From a bacterium (GTDB lineage Bacteria; UBA8248), in NCBI GenBank assembly GCA_965199855.1, contig OZ241326.1:1376001-1440000 (forward strand): a stretch of 64,000 bases of DNA. The letters run 5' to 3'. The notes under the pieces are model-generated. The model made no database searches. It was not told the DNA's origin and saw nothing but the letters and a program-made list of their open reading frames with translations. This document shows, in pieces, positions 47,830 to 58,268 of the stretch (its first letter is position 1; each line of letters begins with the position of its first letter). A program made the translations under genes and the position numbers.

Positions 47830-49725
47830 ATGGGCTACGCGGAGGTTCACGGCCGCTCCCTCTCCGACCCGCGGGCGTTCTGGGCGGAGGCGGCGGAGGA
47901 TATTCACTGGTACAGGAAGTGGGACGAGGTGCTCGACGACTCCAACCCGCCCTTCTATCGCTGGTTCGCCGGAGGCGAGGTCAACACCTGCTACAACGCG
48001 CTGGATCGCCACGTCGAGGCGGGGCGGGGGGATCAGCTCGCTCTGATATACGACACCCCCATCACGGGCGAGCCCGCCCGGAAGTTCACCTATCGGGAGC
48101 TGCTGCGCGAGGTGGCGCGTTTCGCGGGCGCGCTCCGGGCGCAGGGGGTGGAGAAGGGCGACCGCGTCATCATCTACATGCCGATGGTGCCCGAGGCCGC
48201 CGTCGCCATGCTCGCCTGCGCGCGCATCGGCGCGGTGCACTCGGTCGTCTTCGGGGGGTTCGCCCCGAACGAGCTGGCCACGCGCATCGACGACGCCAGG
48301 CCGAAGGTCATGGTCTCCGCCTCGTGCGGGGTCGAGCCCTCGGGCGTCATCGCCTACAAGCCGCTGCTCGACGCGGCCATCGACCTCTCGGGGGCGAAGC
48401 CGGAGAAGTGCGTCATTCTCCAGCGCCCCCAGGTCGAGGCGGAGCTCGTCGAGGGGCGCGACGTCGAATGGGGCGCCGCGCTCGCGGGGGCGGAGCCCGC
48501 GGACTGCGTCCCCCTCGCCGCCACGGACCCGCTCTACGTCCTCTACACCTCGGGCACGACGGGCGAGCCGAAGGGGGTGGTGCGCGACAACGGCGGCCAC
48601 ATGGTGGCGCTCAAGTGGTCGATGAGGAACGTCTATGGCGTGGAGCCGGGCGAGGTGTTCTGGGCGGCGTCCGACGTGGGCTGGGTGGTGGGGCATTCCT
48701 ACATCGTGTATGGGCCGCTCGTTCACGGCTGCGCCACCATCCTCTTCGAGGGCAAGCCCGTGGGGACGCCGGACGCCGGCGTCTTCTGGCGCGTCATCTC
48801 CGAGCACGGCGTCCGGGTGTTCTTCACGGCGCCCACGGCGTTTCGCGCCATCAAGCGCGATGATCCGGACGCCGAGCTCATGAAGCGCCATGATCTCTCC
48901 GGCTTCCGCACCCTCTTTCTGGCGGGGGAGCGCTCGGACCCGGACACCGTGCAGTGGGCGGAGAAGCACCTCGGGGTTCCCGTCATCGATCACTACTGGC
49001 AGACGGAGACGGGCTGGCCGATGCTGGCGAACCCCGTCGGCATCGAGAGCCTGCCCGTCAAATACGGCTCCCCCACGAAGCCCGTGCCGGGCTACGACTT
49101 CGAGGTTCTCGACGGCGAGTGCCGCCCGCTGGGCGCGGGCGAGATGGGCGCGCTGTGCGTGCGGCTCCCCCTGCCGCCCGGCTGCCTGCCGACGCTCTGG
49201 AACGCGGACGCGCGCTTCGTGGACTCCTACCTGAGCGAATACCCGGGCTTCTACAAGACGGGCGACGCCGGCTACGTGGACGAGGACGGCTACGTCTTCG
49301 TCATGTCGCGGACGGACGACATCATCAACGTGGCAGGGCACAGGCTCTCCACGGGCGCGATGGAGGAGGTGCTGACCTCCCACCCCGACGTGGCCGAGTG
49401 CGCCGTCATCGGCGTGAAGGACGAGCTCAAGGGCCAGCTCCCGCTCGGCTTTCTGGTGCTCAAGGCGGGCGTCGAGAGAGAGGACGCGGAGATCGTGGGC
49501 GAGGTGGTGGGGCTCGTCCGCAGCCGGATCGGCGCGGTGGCCGCCTTCCGGCGGGCGGCGGTGGTGAAGCGCCTGCCCAAGACGCGCTCGGGCAAGATTC
49601 TGCGGGGAACGATGTCGCGCATCGCCGACGGCGAGGAATACAAAACGCCCGCCACCATCGACGACCCCGCCATTCTGCCCGAAATCACCGAGGCGCTCGC
49701 CGCGCTGGGCTATCCGGGGGAGTAG
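47830..49725 (+). CDS. prpE: Propionyl-CoA synthetase
   Basis: NTCYNALDRHV, YTSGTTGEPKGVVRDNGGH, SDVGWVVGHSY, DHYWQTETG, PKTRSGKILR. Confidence 0.9.
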   Translation: MGYAEVHGRSLSDPRAFWAEAAEDIHWYRKWDEVLDDSNPPFYRWFAGGEVNTCYNALDRHVEAGRGDQLALIYDTPITGEPARKFTYRELLREVARFAGALRAQGVEKGDRVIIYMPMVPEAAVAMLACARIGAVHSVVFGGFAPNELATRIDDARPKVMVSASCGVEPSGVIAYKPLLDAAIDLSGAKPEKCVILQRPQVEAELVEGRDVEWGAALAGAEPADCVPLAATDPLYVLYTSGTTGEPKGVVRDNGGHMVALKWSMRNVYGVEPGEVFWAASDVGWVVGHSYIVYGPLVHGCATILFEGKPVGTPDAGVFWRVISEHGVRVFFTAPTAFRAIKRDDPDAELMKRHDLSGFRTLFLAGERSDPDTVQWAEKHLGVPVIDHYWQTETGWPMLANPVGIESLPVKYGSPTKPVPGYDFEVLDGECRPLGAGEMGALCVRLPLPPGCLPTLWNADARFVDSYLSEYPGFYKTGDAGYVDEDGYVFVMSRTDDIINVAGHRLSTGAMEEVLTSHPDVAECAVIGVKDELKGQLPLGFLVLKAGVEREDAEIVGEVVGLVRSRIGAVAAFRRAAVVKRLPKTRSGKILRGTMSRIADGEEYKTPATIDDPAILPEITEALAALGYPGE

Positions 49726-49820
49726 AGGGAAACCCTGTCGCCGTCCGTATTCCCGAAGGAGAAAGCGCGCGCGCCGGGGAGCGCCCCTTGACTTCCCTGC
49801 GGGGCGGGAAGCGCGCCCCG

Positions 49821-50339
49821 TCAGAGGTTGCGGAGCCGGCGGGCGCGGGCGCGCTCCTTCTTGGAGGCGCGCCTGGGGTTTCCCTTCTTTTTCGTTCCGC
49901 GCCGGGGCGCCGGGGGCGGCGCGTCGCCTTCCCCCGCGTCTTCCTCCATGAGCGAAGCCTGCCGGAGGCGATCCCGAAATTCTCCCGTCCGCACGACCTC
50001 CGCCGCCCAGGGCGCCGCGGCCTCCCCGAGCGCCCTGTCCGAGGTGACGAGAACCGCGCCCCTGTGGGCGCCCTTCAGAAGGCGTAGAATGAGCGCGTCG
50101 GCGATTTCGTTTCTCGAGAAAAGCACCTCGATTCCGCCCGCCCCCGCGCTTCCGCCCCGGTCGTGATGGGATTTGCCGTCGAACACGACGGTGATTCGGG
50201 GGCCGCCCCCCGCGCTCCGGCGGTAGGCGCGGAGCGTCTCGACCAGGCCCTCGCGCCCGGCTTCGAGGTCCCGGCGAAGGACGCGCCTGAGCTCCGGAAT
50301 CGCCGGAATGAGGTTGTAGCCGTCAATCAGGAGGCGCAT
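49821..50339 (-). CDS. NYN domain protein (YacP/Rae1-like)
   Basis: LIDGYNL, VVFDG, AD..I, VTSDR. Confidence 0.85.
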   Translation of the reverse strand: MRLLIDGYNLIPAIPELRRVLRRDLEAGREGLVETLRAYRRSAGGGPRITVVFDGKSHHDRGGSAGAGGIEVLFSRNEIADALILRLLKGAHRGAVLVTSDRALGEAAAPWAAEVVRTGEFRDRLRQASLMEEDAGEGDAPPPAPRRGTKKKGNPRRASKKERARARRLRNL

Positions 50340-50434
50340 GGATTCTCTCCGGGGCCGGGCGCGCGGGCGGTGAATCGGGGACGCTGCTCAAGGGCGACGC
50401 GGTGAGGGGAGGAAGCCGGGCGCGCGGGATTCGC

Positions 50435-51307
50435 TCAGCCGGCGGAGGCGCGCTCCAGAGCCTTCGAGACGGCGCGCGCGGCATAGACGCCCGCCAGATG
50501 TCGCCTGAAATCCGCGCTCGCGTAGAAGTCGTCGAGCGGCTCGACGCCTTCGCCCGCCTTCTTCGCCGCCGCGCGAATCTCCTCCGCGTCCGGGGCGGTT
50601 CCGGCGAGGGCGCTCTCTACGCCCGAGGCGCGGTAGGCGGGGGCGGCCACGCCCGTCACGCCGACCCGGATGGAGGCGATGGCGCCGCCCTCGTCCAGGG
50701 CGAGCTGCGCCGCCGCGCCGCAGACGGCGAAGCCGCTCGCCTGCTGCGCCGCCTTGAGATACGCGCCTCCGCTCCGCGCGGGGGGCGCCGGGAGGCGGAC
50801 GGCGGTGAGAATCTCGCCGGGGGCGAGCGCCGTCTCGTAGGCGCCTGTGAAGAAGGCGTCAATCCCGATGGCGCGCTCGCCTTCCGCGCCCGCGGCGAGG
50901 ACTTCCGCTCCCGCCGCCAGCATGGCGGCCGGATAGTCGGCGGCGGGGTCGGCGTGGGCGAGGGAGCCGCCCAGGGCGCCCCGGTTCCGCACCTGCGCGT
51001 CGCCGATGGCCCCCGCCGCCTCGGCGAGGGCGGGGCATTTCTCCCGAACCAGCGCGGAGCGCTCGATTTCGGCGTGGGTGGTGAGCGCGCCGACGCGAAG
51101 CCCGCCCTCCGATTCGGAAATTCCCGAAAGTCCCTCGACGCGGGAGATGTCGATGAGGAGGTCCGGCCGGGCGAGCCGCGCCTTCAGAACGGGCAGAAGG
51201 CTGTGGCCGCCCGCGAGGAGCTTCGCGTCCTCGCCGCGCTCTTCGAGGAGCGCGATGGCTTCCGCGAGCGTCGCCGGGCGCGCGTAGTCGAAGGGCGCCG
51301 GAATCAT
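50435..51307 (-). CDS. CoxM/CutM-type FAD subunit of xanthine oxidase-family molybdoenzyme
   Basis: MIPAPFDYARP, LAGGHSLLP, QVRNRGALGG, ADPAAD. Confidence 0.9.
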   Translation of the reverse strand: MIPAPFDYARPATLAEAIALLEERGEDAKLLAGGHSLLPVLKARLARPDLLIDISRVEGLSGISESEGGLRVGALTTHAEIERSALVREKCPALAEAAGAIGDAQVRNRGALGGSLAHADPAADYPAAMLAAGAEVLAAGAEGERAIGIDAFFTGAYETALAPGEILTAVRLPAPPARSGGAYLKAAQQASGFAVCGAAAQLALDEGGAIASIRVGVTGVAAPAYRASGVESALAGTAPDAEEIRAAAKKAGEGVEPLDDFYASADFRRHLAGVYAARAVSKALERASAG

Positions 51308-53642
51308 GCCGGCGTCCCCTTGCCCGACGCGGCGCGCCAGACCCGCTCGGGGCGCAGCGGCATGTCCACGTGCCTGACGCCGAAGGGCGAAAGGGCGTCG
51401 ATTACGGCGTTCACCACGGCGGGCGTCGAGCCGATGGTGCCGGCCTCGCCCACCCCCTTCGCCCCCAGGGGGTTCACGTCCGTCGGCGTGGTGGTGTGGA
51501 GCAGCTCGAAGCGCGGGAGCCGGTTCGCCTTGGGCAGGGCGTAGTGCATGAGCGAGGCGTTGAGCGGCTGGCCGCCCTCGCCGTAGATCATCTCCTCCTC
51601 GAGCGCCTGGCCCATCCCCTGGGCGATGCCGCCGTGAATCTGCCCGCGCACGAGCAGGGGGTTGATCATGTTGCCCACGTCGTCCACCGCCACGTAGCGG
51701 AGAATCTCCACCTCGCCCGTTTCCGGGTCCACCTCGGCCAGGACTACGTGCGCGCCGAAGGGGAAGGTGAAGTTGCCCGGCTCGAAGAAGTGCGTCTCCT
51801 CGAGCCCCGGCTCGGTGTCCTCGGGAAGCTCGATTGCGCTGTAGGCCATCTGCGCGACGTCGGCGAAGCTCGCCGATTTCTCGGGCGCGCTCCGCACGAA
51901 CACCCGGCCGCCCTCGAAGTCGATGTCGTTCGCGTCCGCCTCGAGTTTGAGCGCCGCGAATTTCGCCATCTTGCCGCGCACCTTGTCGCGCGCATAGACG
52001 ACCGCCGAGCCGCCCACCACCGTCCCCCGGCTGCCGAAGGTGCCGACCCCGTAGGGCACCACGTCGGTGTCGCCGTGGATGACGGTCACGTCCCCGGGGT
52101 CGATGCCCAGCCCGTCGGCCACGATTTGGGCGAAGGAGGTCTGCTGGCCCTGGCCGTGGGGCGAGGCGCCCGAGAAGACGGTGGCCTTGCCCGTGGGCTC
52201 CACGCGCACGCGCGCGCTCTCCCAGCCCTGGCCGCCCAGGGCGGCGGAGGGGCCCATGCCGCAAATCTCGACGTAGGTGGAAAGCCCGATTCCGAGACAG
52301 CGGCCCTCTTTTCGCGCCTCCTCCTGCCGCGCGCGCATGGCGGGGTAGTCGGCGGCCTCGAGGGCGCGATCCAGCGCGGCGTGATAGTCCCCGCTGTCGT
52401 AGGTGAGGCCGGCGGAGGTGGCGAAGGGGAACTCGGACTTGTCGGGAAAATTCCTGCGGCGGATTTCCACCGGGTCCATGCCCAGCTCGCGCGCCGCCAC
52501 GTCCATCATCCGCTCGAGGATGTAGGTGGCCTCGGGCCGGCCCGCGCCCCGGTAGGCGTCCGTGGCTATCTTGTTGGTGAACACGCCGGTGGCGCTCATC
52601 TCGATGTTCTTGATCCTGTAGGGGCCGGGCAGCATGAGGCCCGTCAGCGTGAAGATGGCCACGGTGAGCAGCTGGTAGTAGGCGCCGCAGTCGGCGAGAA
52701 CCTCGTAGCGGAACGCGGTGATGGAGCCGTCCTTTTTCAGCCCCATCTCCACCTCGCCCACCTGGCCGCGCCCGTGAATGGTGGTCATGAAGTTCTCGGA
52801 GCGGCTCTCGATCCATTTGATCGGAAGGCCCAGCTCGCGCGAGACGTAGGCGGCGAGCGCCTCCTCCCGGTAGATGTTGAGCTTGCTGCCGAAGCCGCCG
52901 CCCACCTCGGGGGCGATGACGCGCATACGGTTCTCCGGCATCCCGATCTGGCCCGCCACCAGCGTGCGCACCTTGTGGGGCACCTGGGTGGAGGTCCAGA
53001 GCGTCATCCTGTCCTCGCCCGGCAGGTAGTGCGCCAGAACGCCCCGGGGCTCGAGCGCCAGGGGCGCCACGCGCGCGTTCGTGATGCGCTCCTTCACGAT
53101 GACGTCGGCCTCTTTGAAGCCGCCTCCACGTCCCCGCCGGAGATGCCCCACTTGAACGCCTCGTTGCTCTCATACGCCTCGTGGACTTTCGGCGCGTCCG
53201 CCTCCAGGGCGCGCTCGATGTCCACCACGGCGTCGAGCGGCTCGTAATCGACCTCCACCAGATCCGCCGCGTCCCGCGCCCCGTAGCGCGTCCGCGCGAT
53301 CACCACGGCGACGGGCTCGCCCGCGAAGAGCGCCTTCCTGTCCGCCAGCGCGGGCTGTTCGGGAACCTTGGCGTCGGGAACGAGGCCGCCCACCGGAACG
53401 GGGCCGATGGCTTTCGTATCCTCATGCGTATAGACGGCGACGACGCCCTCCGCCGCCTTCGCTTTGGAGACGTCGACCGAGCGGATGGCGGCGTGGCCGT
53501 AGGGGCTCCGCGCCACCGCCATGTGCAGGGTTCCGGGCGGGCTGAAGTCGTCCACGTAGTGGGCGAGGCCCTGGATGAGGCGCGGGTCGTCCCGCCTCTT
53601 GATGGGCGCGCCGATGAACTTCGGGGCCGGTGCCTGGGCCAT
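51304..53642 (-). pseudogene. CoxL-like (form II, AYRGAGR) molybdopterin subunit with a single-base frameshift near 53118-53120
   Basis: N-part 53094-53642 and C-part 51304-53151 join as GDVEAA/FKEADV if one base is restored; GGGFGSK, AYRGAGRPE, GQIHGG, KGVGEAG. Confidence 0.8.
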
Positions 53643-53645
53643 CCC

Positions 53646-54110
53646 TTATTCCCTCATCTGGTCCGCGGCGGCCGAGATGGCGTCCACGATGTTCTGGTAG
53701 CCCGTGCAGCGGCAGATGTTCCCCTCGATGCCGCGCCGTATCTCCGCCTCCGAGGGCGCGGGGTTCGACCCGATGAGCTCGTGCGCCGTGAGAATCATGC
53801 CCGGCGTGCAGTAGCCGCACTGGAGGCCGTGCTTCTCCCAGAACTGCTCCTGGAGGGGGTGGAGCCGCTCGCCGTCGGCCAGCCCCTCGATGGTCGTGAC
53901 CTCGCAACCCTCCGCCTGGACGGCGAGGGCGGTGCAGCTCTTCACCGCCTTGCCGTCGAGCAGGACGGTGCAGGCGCCGCATATCGAGGTTTCGCAGGCG
54001 ACGTGCGCGCCCGTGAGCCCGGCCTCGTCGCGCAGAAGATGCACCAGGAGGGTTCTCGGCTCCACGTCGAAGGTTCGACTCTCGCCGTTGATCTTGAGGC
54101 TGACTTCCAA
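53646..54110 (-). CDS. CoxS/CutS-type (2Fe-2S) subunit
   Basis: [31 protein letters not shown]. Confidence 0.93.
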   Translation of the reverse strand: MEVSLKINGESRTFDVEPRTLLVHLLRDEAGLTGAHVACETSICGACTVLLDGKAVKSCTALAVQAEGCEVTTIEGLADGERLHPLQEQFWEKHGLQCGYCTPGMILTAHELIGSNPAPSEAEIRRGIEGNICRCTGYQNIVDAISAAADQMRE

Positions 54111-54870
54111 GGCTTTCCCCTCGCCTTGAAGAATGGCCGAAGCGCGCCGCAGAGCGGAGCGTCTCCCGCGTCCTCCAGTTTCCTCCCGAACGGTCCATGC
54201 TGGATGATTACCCCGTAATATGGACTACGCGGCGCGAAATGTCAAGGGGAGAATTTCGGGCGGCGGAAGACCCCCGTTGTGCGCGCCGCATCCGCATTCC
54301 GCCGACGCGCGAACGCCCGCAGGTGGCGGCCGAATGAGTCCCTCGCCGCGTTCGCGTCCCGAACCGCGGCCCCATCGCCCATGCCGAACGACGGGCGGGG
54401 CGCATATATGCGCCCCCTACGAAGGCGGGATCGCCGCCCGCCCCCGGCGGCGAAACGCGCGCGATCCGCGACGGTGTCGGGGCTGCGGTTCCGTAGGTGA
54501 AGCGCGAGAGCGCGTCCATTCATGCGTCCCGTTTGCGGGTGGAGACGCGCGGCCGGTTCGCGAACCCCCCTACGGAACCGTCGCCATCTCCCGTCGTCAT
54601 TCCGGCGAAGGCCGGAATCCAGAGGATTGTGATCGTTCCCCGTCGTCAATGAAGGACAACCACAGAGGGGTTGTCCCTGCGAAATGATGAAACCCGCGCC
54701 CCTACGGGAACCGGCACCCATGGGCGACCACCCCGAACGGGCGGTTCCCGAATTGTGGGGCGACCCCGGGGAGGGGGCGTCCCTACGTAACCATCGTCGC
54801 CCCCCGCCCGCCCGTCCGCCGCCGGAGAACCGGTTGCCTCGCCCGTAGGGGACGCATTCATGCGTCCCGT

Positions 54871-55229
54871 CCCGCGCCGGAGAATTCGCCGGGCGGAGGC
54901 GTTTCCCCGGGCGTTTGGAGAAGAACCGCCCGCGCCGGAAAGCGGCGCGTGAATGTCTGCGAATTTCGACAAAATCAGACAAATTCACGGCCTTATCCCG
55001 CAAATAGGGAGCTGTTTTCCACCTTTTAGAGACCCCTTTGACGACCCTTTGACCATCCCGCCCGGCTCCCGATTCTTCCGCCTTCCCCCCTTCCGGAGGC
55101 GAACTCCCCCACGCCGGAAATATAACCCGACCCGGCCGCCCCCGCGGAAGCGCAGATGCGCGCAAATGCGGGCAGGCGCGCGCGATTGTTCCACGTGGAA
55201 CAATTCGGACGCGGAATTTTCGGGGAAAA
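54871..55229. repeat. Conserved ~360-bp non-coding element, copy B
   Basis: Collinear match to 8593-8950. Confidence 0.9.
55187..55202. promoter_or_regulatory. parS-like ParB/Spo0J binding palindrome
   Basis: TGTTCCACGTGGAACA fits the widespread parS consensus; lies in perfect 20-bp palindrome ATTGTTCCACGTGGAACAAT (55185-55204). Confidence 0.75.
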
Positions 55230-55412
55230 CGTCTTGCGCGCGCCGCGCTTGTTTCGTAGGCTCGGCGTCCTCACCCCTGCGAAGGGCGGAATCCGGGGTT
55301 TTTGATCGCTCCCCGTCATCAACGAAGGACGACCACGGGGGGTCGTCCCTGCGAAATCATCGCACCCGCGCCGAACGACGGGCGGAGCGCGCGGGACGAG
55401 GAGGAGGCGCGA

Positions 55413-56534
55413 ATGGCCCATGCGGGCTTCGCCACGACCGAGGGCACGAGAGGCTACGCCGAGGCGCATTCGCCGCCCTGCCATCCGGCGCATTTCAGGG
55501 AATCGGGCGGGCTCTGGCTCTCCTCCATCGGAATCGGCACCTATCTCGGCGAGGCGGACGCGGCGACCGACGCCGCCTATCGGGCGTCCGTGGCCGCCGC
55601 CGTCCGGCGCGGGTGCAACGTCATCGACGCGGCGGTCAACTACCGCTTCCAGCGCAGCGAGCGCAGCGTCGGCGCGGCGCTGGACGATTTGTTCCGCGCC
55701 GGCGCGGCGCGCCGGGAGAAGCTGGTCGTCTCCTCCAAGGGGGGATTCATCCCCTTCGACGGGCGCGCCCCGGGGAGTCCGGAGGAGTTCGCCGCCTATA
55801 TGCGGGATGCGTATTTCGACGCCGGCGTCTGCGCGCCGGAGGATATTGCGGCGAACTGCCACTGCATGACGCCCGCGTATCTGCGGCACGAGCTCGAGGC
55901 GAGCCTCGCCAACCTGGGGCTTGAGACCCTCGACATCTACTACGTCCACAACCCCGAGACGCAGCTTCAGGAGGTCTCGCGGGAGGCTTTCCGGGCGCGG
56001 CTGCGGGACGCCTTCGAGGCGCTGGAGGGCGCGGCGGCGGAAGGGAAGATCAGGAGCTACGGCGCGGCGACCTGGAGCGGATTCCGGCTCGCGCCGGAGG
56101 AGGGGGAGTATCTCTCGCTCGGGGAGATGCTGGAGGCGGCGCGGGCGGCGGGCGGGGAGAATCATCGCTTTCGCGCCGTTCAGCTGCCCCTGAACCTGGG
56201 GATGCCCGAGGCTTTCTCGCGCGCGAACCAGCCGCTGGGCGGGGAGACGCGGAGCCTGCTCGCCGCGGCGGCCGAAAGCGGCCTCACCGTGATGACGAGC
56301 GGCTCCATCCTCCAGGGACGCGCCGCGCGGGGGCTTCCTCCGGTGGTCGCCGAGGCGTTTCCGGGCTTTTCCACCGACGCCCAGCGCGCGATTCAGTTCA
56401 CGCGCAGCGCGCCCGGCGTGGCCGTCGCCCTCGTGGGGATGCGCCAGGAGGCGCACGCGCTGGAGAACATGGAGGCGGCGCGGATCCCTCCCGCGCCTCT
56501 GGAGGACTTCATGCGCCTGTTCCGGGAGGAATAG
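55413..56534 (+). CDS. Aldo/keto reductase family protein
   Basis: SSIGIGTYLG, NVIDAAVNYR.QRSE, SKGG, SLANLGLETLDIYYVHNPE. Confidence 0.88.
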   Translation: MAHAGFATTEGTRGYAEAHSPPCHPAHFRESGGLWLSSIGIGTYLGEADAATDAAYRASVAAAVRRGCNVIDAAVNYRFQRSERSVGAALDDLFRAGAARREKLVVSSKGGFIPFDGRAPGSPEEFAAYMRDAYFDAGVCAPEDIAANCHCMTPAYLRHELEASLANLGLETLDIYYVHNPETQLQEVSREAFRARLRDAFEALEGAAAEGKIRSYGAATWSGFRLAPEEGEYLSLGEMLEAARAAGGENHRFRAVQLPLNLGMPEAFSRANQPLGGETRSLLAAAAESGLTVMTSGSILQGRAARGLPPVVAEAFPGFSTDAQRAIQFTRSAPGVAVALVGMRQEAHALENMEAARIPPAPLEDFMRLFREE

Positions 56535-56665
56535 CGCGGCGGTCGGCGATTGCGGCTGGCGGAGCCGCGCCGGCGCTTTCCCGCTCCCGCGTTCTCCCCT
56601 AGAATGCGCGCGAATTTCCCTGAACCGGCTTCGTTCGCCATCGTCCATTCTCGCGCGGAGGAATC

Positions 56666-57940
56666 ATGTCCAGACCCTGGTATCACCCGAACCCCATTCG
56701 CGGCGGCGGAGGCGACGCCTACGAGGGCGTGGAGCACGTCCTCGCCGAACCCTGGGAGGAGGAGGCGCGCAACGTCCGCCTCGTCGCCCATTCCGACCTG
56801 AACGGCTGGGGCGACGCCTTTCAGATTCAGGTGGGCGGCGGCATCTGCTACGTCGCCGCCTCGGGCGTGAACGGCCACGACGGCATGACGATTCTCGACG
56901 TCAAGGACCCGGCGAACCCCCGCATCGTGAACCAGATCGTGGACAGCCCGGCGGCGCGCACGCACAAGGTGCTCCGCATCGATGAGGAGGTGCTCATCAC
57001 CAACTCGGAGCTCAGGCCCTCCCTGCGGGAGCGGTATCCCGACGCCGTGGGCGGCCTGCGCGTCTTCGACAACCGGGACCCGTTCCGCCCCCGGTTCGTG
57101 AACTACGTGGAGACGGACGGCTTCGGCGTCCACCGGCCCATCTACGACAGAAAGCGCCGGCTTCTCTACAGCTCGGGCTTCAAGGACGGCTACCGGGGCA
57201 AGGTGCTCCTCGTCCACGACATGAAGGACCCCTGGGCGCCGGAGTTCATCGGCATGGGCGCCATACCCGGCCAGAAGGAGGGGGAGGATCCTTCCTGGGA
57301 CCCCGAAATCGTGGGCGACGGCGCCTGGATTCACGAGGGAAATCCCTGGGGCGACTGCGTCACCGCGGGCTACTGGGACGCGGGCGTCGCCCTCTTCGAC
57401 CTGACCGACCCGACGAAGCCCGAACTCATGTGGCGGCACAATCCCCACGAGACGCACGGCTGGGCGGGCTGCTACCACACCTTCCTGGTGCCGGAAGGCT
57501 CCGCGTTCGGCATCGTCACGCAGGAGACGACCACGGTGAACTGCGATCATCCGCCCGCGTTCGTCACCTTCTACGACCTCAGAAACCCGCTCGCGCCCCT
57601 GCCCGTGAGCACCTTCATGCCCTACGAGATCGACCCCGTCGAGATGCGCCCCCTCGACAGGAAATGGAGCGAGACGGGCTCGCGCCACGGCGCGCACAAC
57701 GTCTGGCTCGACATGACGAAGGACGACCTCATGTACATCTGCTGGTTCAACGCGGGGCTTCGCGTGGTGGACTGGTCGAATCCCTTCCGGCCGAAGGAGG
57801 TGGGCCACTACATCCCCGCCGGGACGAAGGAGCGCTGCTGCCCGCAGAGCAACGACGTTCAGGTGGACAGGGACACGGGCCTCATCTACATGGCCGACCG
57901 CTGGGGGCTGGGTCTCCACATCCTGGAATACACGGGCTAG
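56666..57940 (+). CDS. LVIVD-repeat beta-propeller protein
   Basis: Repeats ILDVKDPANPR, VFDNRDPFRPR, LFDLTDPTKPE, VVDWSNPFRPKEVG. Confidence 0.82.
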   Translation: MSRPWYHPNPIRGGGGDAYEGVEHVLAEPWEEEARNVRLVAHSDLNGWGDAFQIQVGGGICYVAASGVNGHDGMTILDVKDPANPRIVNQIVDSPAARTHKVLRIDEEVLITNSELRPSLRERYPDAVGGLRVFDNRDPFRPRFVNYVETDGFGVHRPIYDRKRRLLYSSGFKDGYRGKVLLVHDMKDPWAPEFIGMGAIPGQKEGEDPSWDPEIVGDGAWIHEGNPWGDCVTAGYWDAGVALFDLTDPTKPELMWRHNPHETHGWAGCYHTFLVPEGSAFGIVTQETTTVNCDHPPAFVTFYDLRNPLAPLPVSTFMPYEIDPVEMRPLDRKWSETGSRHGAHNVWLDMTKDDLMYICWFNAGLRVVDWSNPFRPKEVGHYIPAGTKERCCPQSNDVQVDRDTGLIYMADRWGLGLHILEYTG

Positions 57941-58098
57941 GCGCTTCGGGCTTTTCGCTTCTCGCCGGATGGGAGAGGGGGCCGCGGCGGCCGAAGAGCT
58001 GGCGGCCCCCTCTCTATCGCTTCGGGACGCGCGCCCGCCGCTCCTCCCCGGGGGGGAACTGGCGAGCCTCCCGCCGCTGGAGTATTCTCCCCTCGCGC

Positions 58099-58185
58099 GC
58101 CCGGGTGGTGGAATGGCAGACACCGGGGACTTAAAATCCCTTGGCCGACGCGGCCATGCCGGTTCGAGTCCGGCCCCGGGCACCA
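58099..58185 (+). tRNA. tRNA-Leu (TAA)
   Basis: GCCCGGG/CCCGGGC acceptor stem, TAA anticodon 58132-58134, long variable arm, GGTTCGAGTCC T-arm, encoded CCA. Confidence 0.96.
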
Positions 58186-58268
58186 GGGAGCCTTTTGAGC
58201 CGGGCGCCGAGGCGCGGCGAAGGGAATGAACGGCGGCTGTTGGCCTTCAACGAGAAAAGTTTTCGCTG

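Larger units (their letters stand above)
54383..55385. repeat. Mosaic REP/BIME-like array enclosing copy B of the conserved element
   Basis: GTAG/CTAC-footed hairpins shared with 8378-8590; ~95-bp direct repeats 54607-54700 / 55281-55372; 16-bp terminal direct repeat GCCGAACGACGGGCGG at 54383 and 55370. Confidence 0.85.

Noticed and set aside
50435-54110. Bona fide aerobic CO dehydrogenase (form I)
   Set aside because: Active-site loop is AYRGAGR rather than AYxCSFR, gene order is S-L-M and no cox accessory genes are adjacent
54383-54870. Possible CRISPR array
   Set aside because: Repeats differ in sequence and orientation, spacers are themselves repeated, spacing is irregular and no cas genes are present
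54985-55203. 72-aa ORF MFHVEQ...MVKGSSKGSLKGGKQ shared by both repeat copies
   Set aside because: MFHVEQ is simply the translated parS palindrome; differences between copies are non-synonymous and include local frame changes
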